Assembly: GCA_963836075.1 (NCBI GenBank)
Contig: CAWIIB010000001.1
Location: 1,952,001 to 2,016,000, forward strand
Reading direction: 5' to 3'
Length of the DNA: 64,000 nt
Source: an uncultured Acidobacteriota bacterium
Lineage (GTDB): Bacteria; Acidobacteriota; JAQAZP01
In this document: in pieces, positions 62,853 through 64,000 of the stretch
Position numbering within the stretch: the stretch's first letter is position 1
Layout: each line of letters opens with the position of its first letter
Made by a program: the position numbers and the translations under genes
Notes under the pieces: model-generated
The model's database searches: none
Told to the model about the DNA's origin: nothing
The model's input: only the letters and a program-made list of their open reading frames with translations

Positions 62853-63491
62853 ATGCGACTGCTGTTGTCGATACTGGTTCTGGTTCTGCTCAATCCCCTG
62901 GCCGCTTTTGCCGGCTGCGCACCGCAAAAGATGGTCAAGATCACCTTCCGTGACGCCACTCCCGGCTACGAGAAGGGCGACTTCGCCACGCAGCCCAAGA
63001 CCCTCTACCGCTGGGGTTCCCATTTCGCCCGGCTGGAGGAGCAGCCCGACCTGGAGAACGGCGTCCATGCCCTGGTGGTGGTCAACAACCGTGACACCTG
63101 GATGGTCAACAGGGCAGCCAGGACGGGCCGGCACATCGTGGACCGGGCCGAGACCTTTGACTTCCATGCCCCGCTGGTGGGCAGTCACGACAGCCCCTTT
63201 GCCGAGTTCGAGTTCGGCTGTGAACTGGCCTACATGCAAGAGAGGGGAGTCGAACCGACATCGGTCATCATCGCCGACCTCACACTGCTGCAGTATGAGT
63301 ATTCAACAGGAGGTGCGCTGACCATCCGGTTGATGATCGATCCCCAGACCCGTCACCCGTGGGCCGTGGCAGTGATCGAGCGGGGTCAGCCCGTCTACTT
63401 GCTACGCTACGTATCCTACGAAACCGGCCTGGAGCCGGATATGGACCTCTTCACCAAACCTGCCGAAATTGAGTGGGAAGCGTCCGAGTAG
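62853..63491 (+). CDS. Exported hypothetical protein
   Basis: Signal peptide MRLLLSIL…AFA; GAGG RBS; coding-like composition. Confidence 0.7.
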   Translation: MRLLLSILVLVLLNPLAAFAGCAPQKMVKITFRDATPGYEKGDFATQPKTLYRWGSHFARLEEQPDLENGVHALVVVNNRDTWMVNRAARTGRHIVDRAETFDFHAPLVGSHDSPFAEFEFGCELAYMQERGVEPTSVIIADLTLLQYEYSTGGALTIRLMIDPQTRHPWAVAVIERGQPVYLLRYVSYETGLEPDMDLFTKPAEIEWEASE

Positions 63492-63588
63492 CGTAGACTG
63501 GTTGCCGCCACCACGTTTGACAACATCGGCAAAACCTGCTTCCCTGAAGAAAGCTCGTAGCACAGAAGTTCCCACCGGAGGTTGTACA

Positions 63589-64000
63589 ATGAAACGCGAA
63601 TTCATTTTCTCTATTGCTCTTCTCCTGGCCTGCTCCACGGCCGTTGTTACGGTTCATGCCGCGGAGGATCAGGGCTCACAGCCGGTGGTCAAGCTCGACC
63701 CGCTGCTGGCCCGGATGGTTCACAGCGGCACGGTCAGCAACAGCGCGCCGCTCACCCCCGCCGGGATGGTGGTGGTGAACATCTTTCTCACCGATCAGGA
63801 GGGCGACGCGGTGAGCCGCCGGGTGCGGCAATCACACCAGGAGAAGGTGGATTCTCTGGGCAATGAGATCATGGAGCGCCGCCGCCGGCATTTCCCCCAC
63901 GATAGACTCCTCCGCGAGGCGGAAGAAAAGCTCTTCGTCCACTACTGGGGCAATTTCCGGCCGGCGGACGATCAGGAGCGGATCCGGCAGTTGAAGGTGG
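63589..64000 (+). CDS. Exported protein, N-terminal part only (possibly a protease propeptide)
   Basis: GGAGG then ATG 63589: MKREFIFSIALLLAC…KLDPLLARM…; open to the window end; absent from the supplied ORF track. Confidence 0.6.
   Translation, partial: MKREFIFSIALLLACSTAVVTVHAAEDQGSQPVVKLDPLLARMVHSGTVSNSAPLTPAGMVVVNIFLTDQEGDAVSRRVRQSHQEKVDSLGNEIMERRRRHFPHDRLLREAEEKLFVHYWGNFRPADDQERIRQLKV

Overview
GC-rich (visually about 65%) bacterial chromosomal segment. Gene content (tandem MacB-type permeases, Hanks kinase/FHA, sulfatase-like proteins, TonB receptor) suggests a diderm such as Acidobacteriota, but this is inference. It holds about 45 genes: envelope-tailoring genes (MBOAT+SGNH, B12 radical SAM, carbamoyltransferase, GT2, GT-C-like proteins), signalling proteins, a MacAB-like exporter, perR-katG plus a cNMP/TrxB-like reductase, thiF-thiS-thiG-thiH, sdaA, an atypical chaperone-usher pilus operon, and secreted proteases/adhesins. 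I saw no tRNA, rRNA, CRISPR array, integrase or transposase. Most notable: (1) two unrelated secreted proteases 49 kb apart (C25 gingipain-like and M28) end in the same gapless 121-aa domain (70/121 identical by hand count), a candidate undescribed C-terminal sorting/anchoring signal; (2) the C25 gene lies between two copies of the last 54 bp of the carbamoyltransferase gene, an integration-like scar with no integrase; (3) a decayed probable selenoprotein gene (GCT-UGA-xNG plus a SECIS-like hairpin); (4) a perfect 23-bp inverted-repeat mini-element. Six genes carry single-base frameshifts, probably assembly errors. All family calls come from motif recognition, not database searches.
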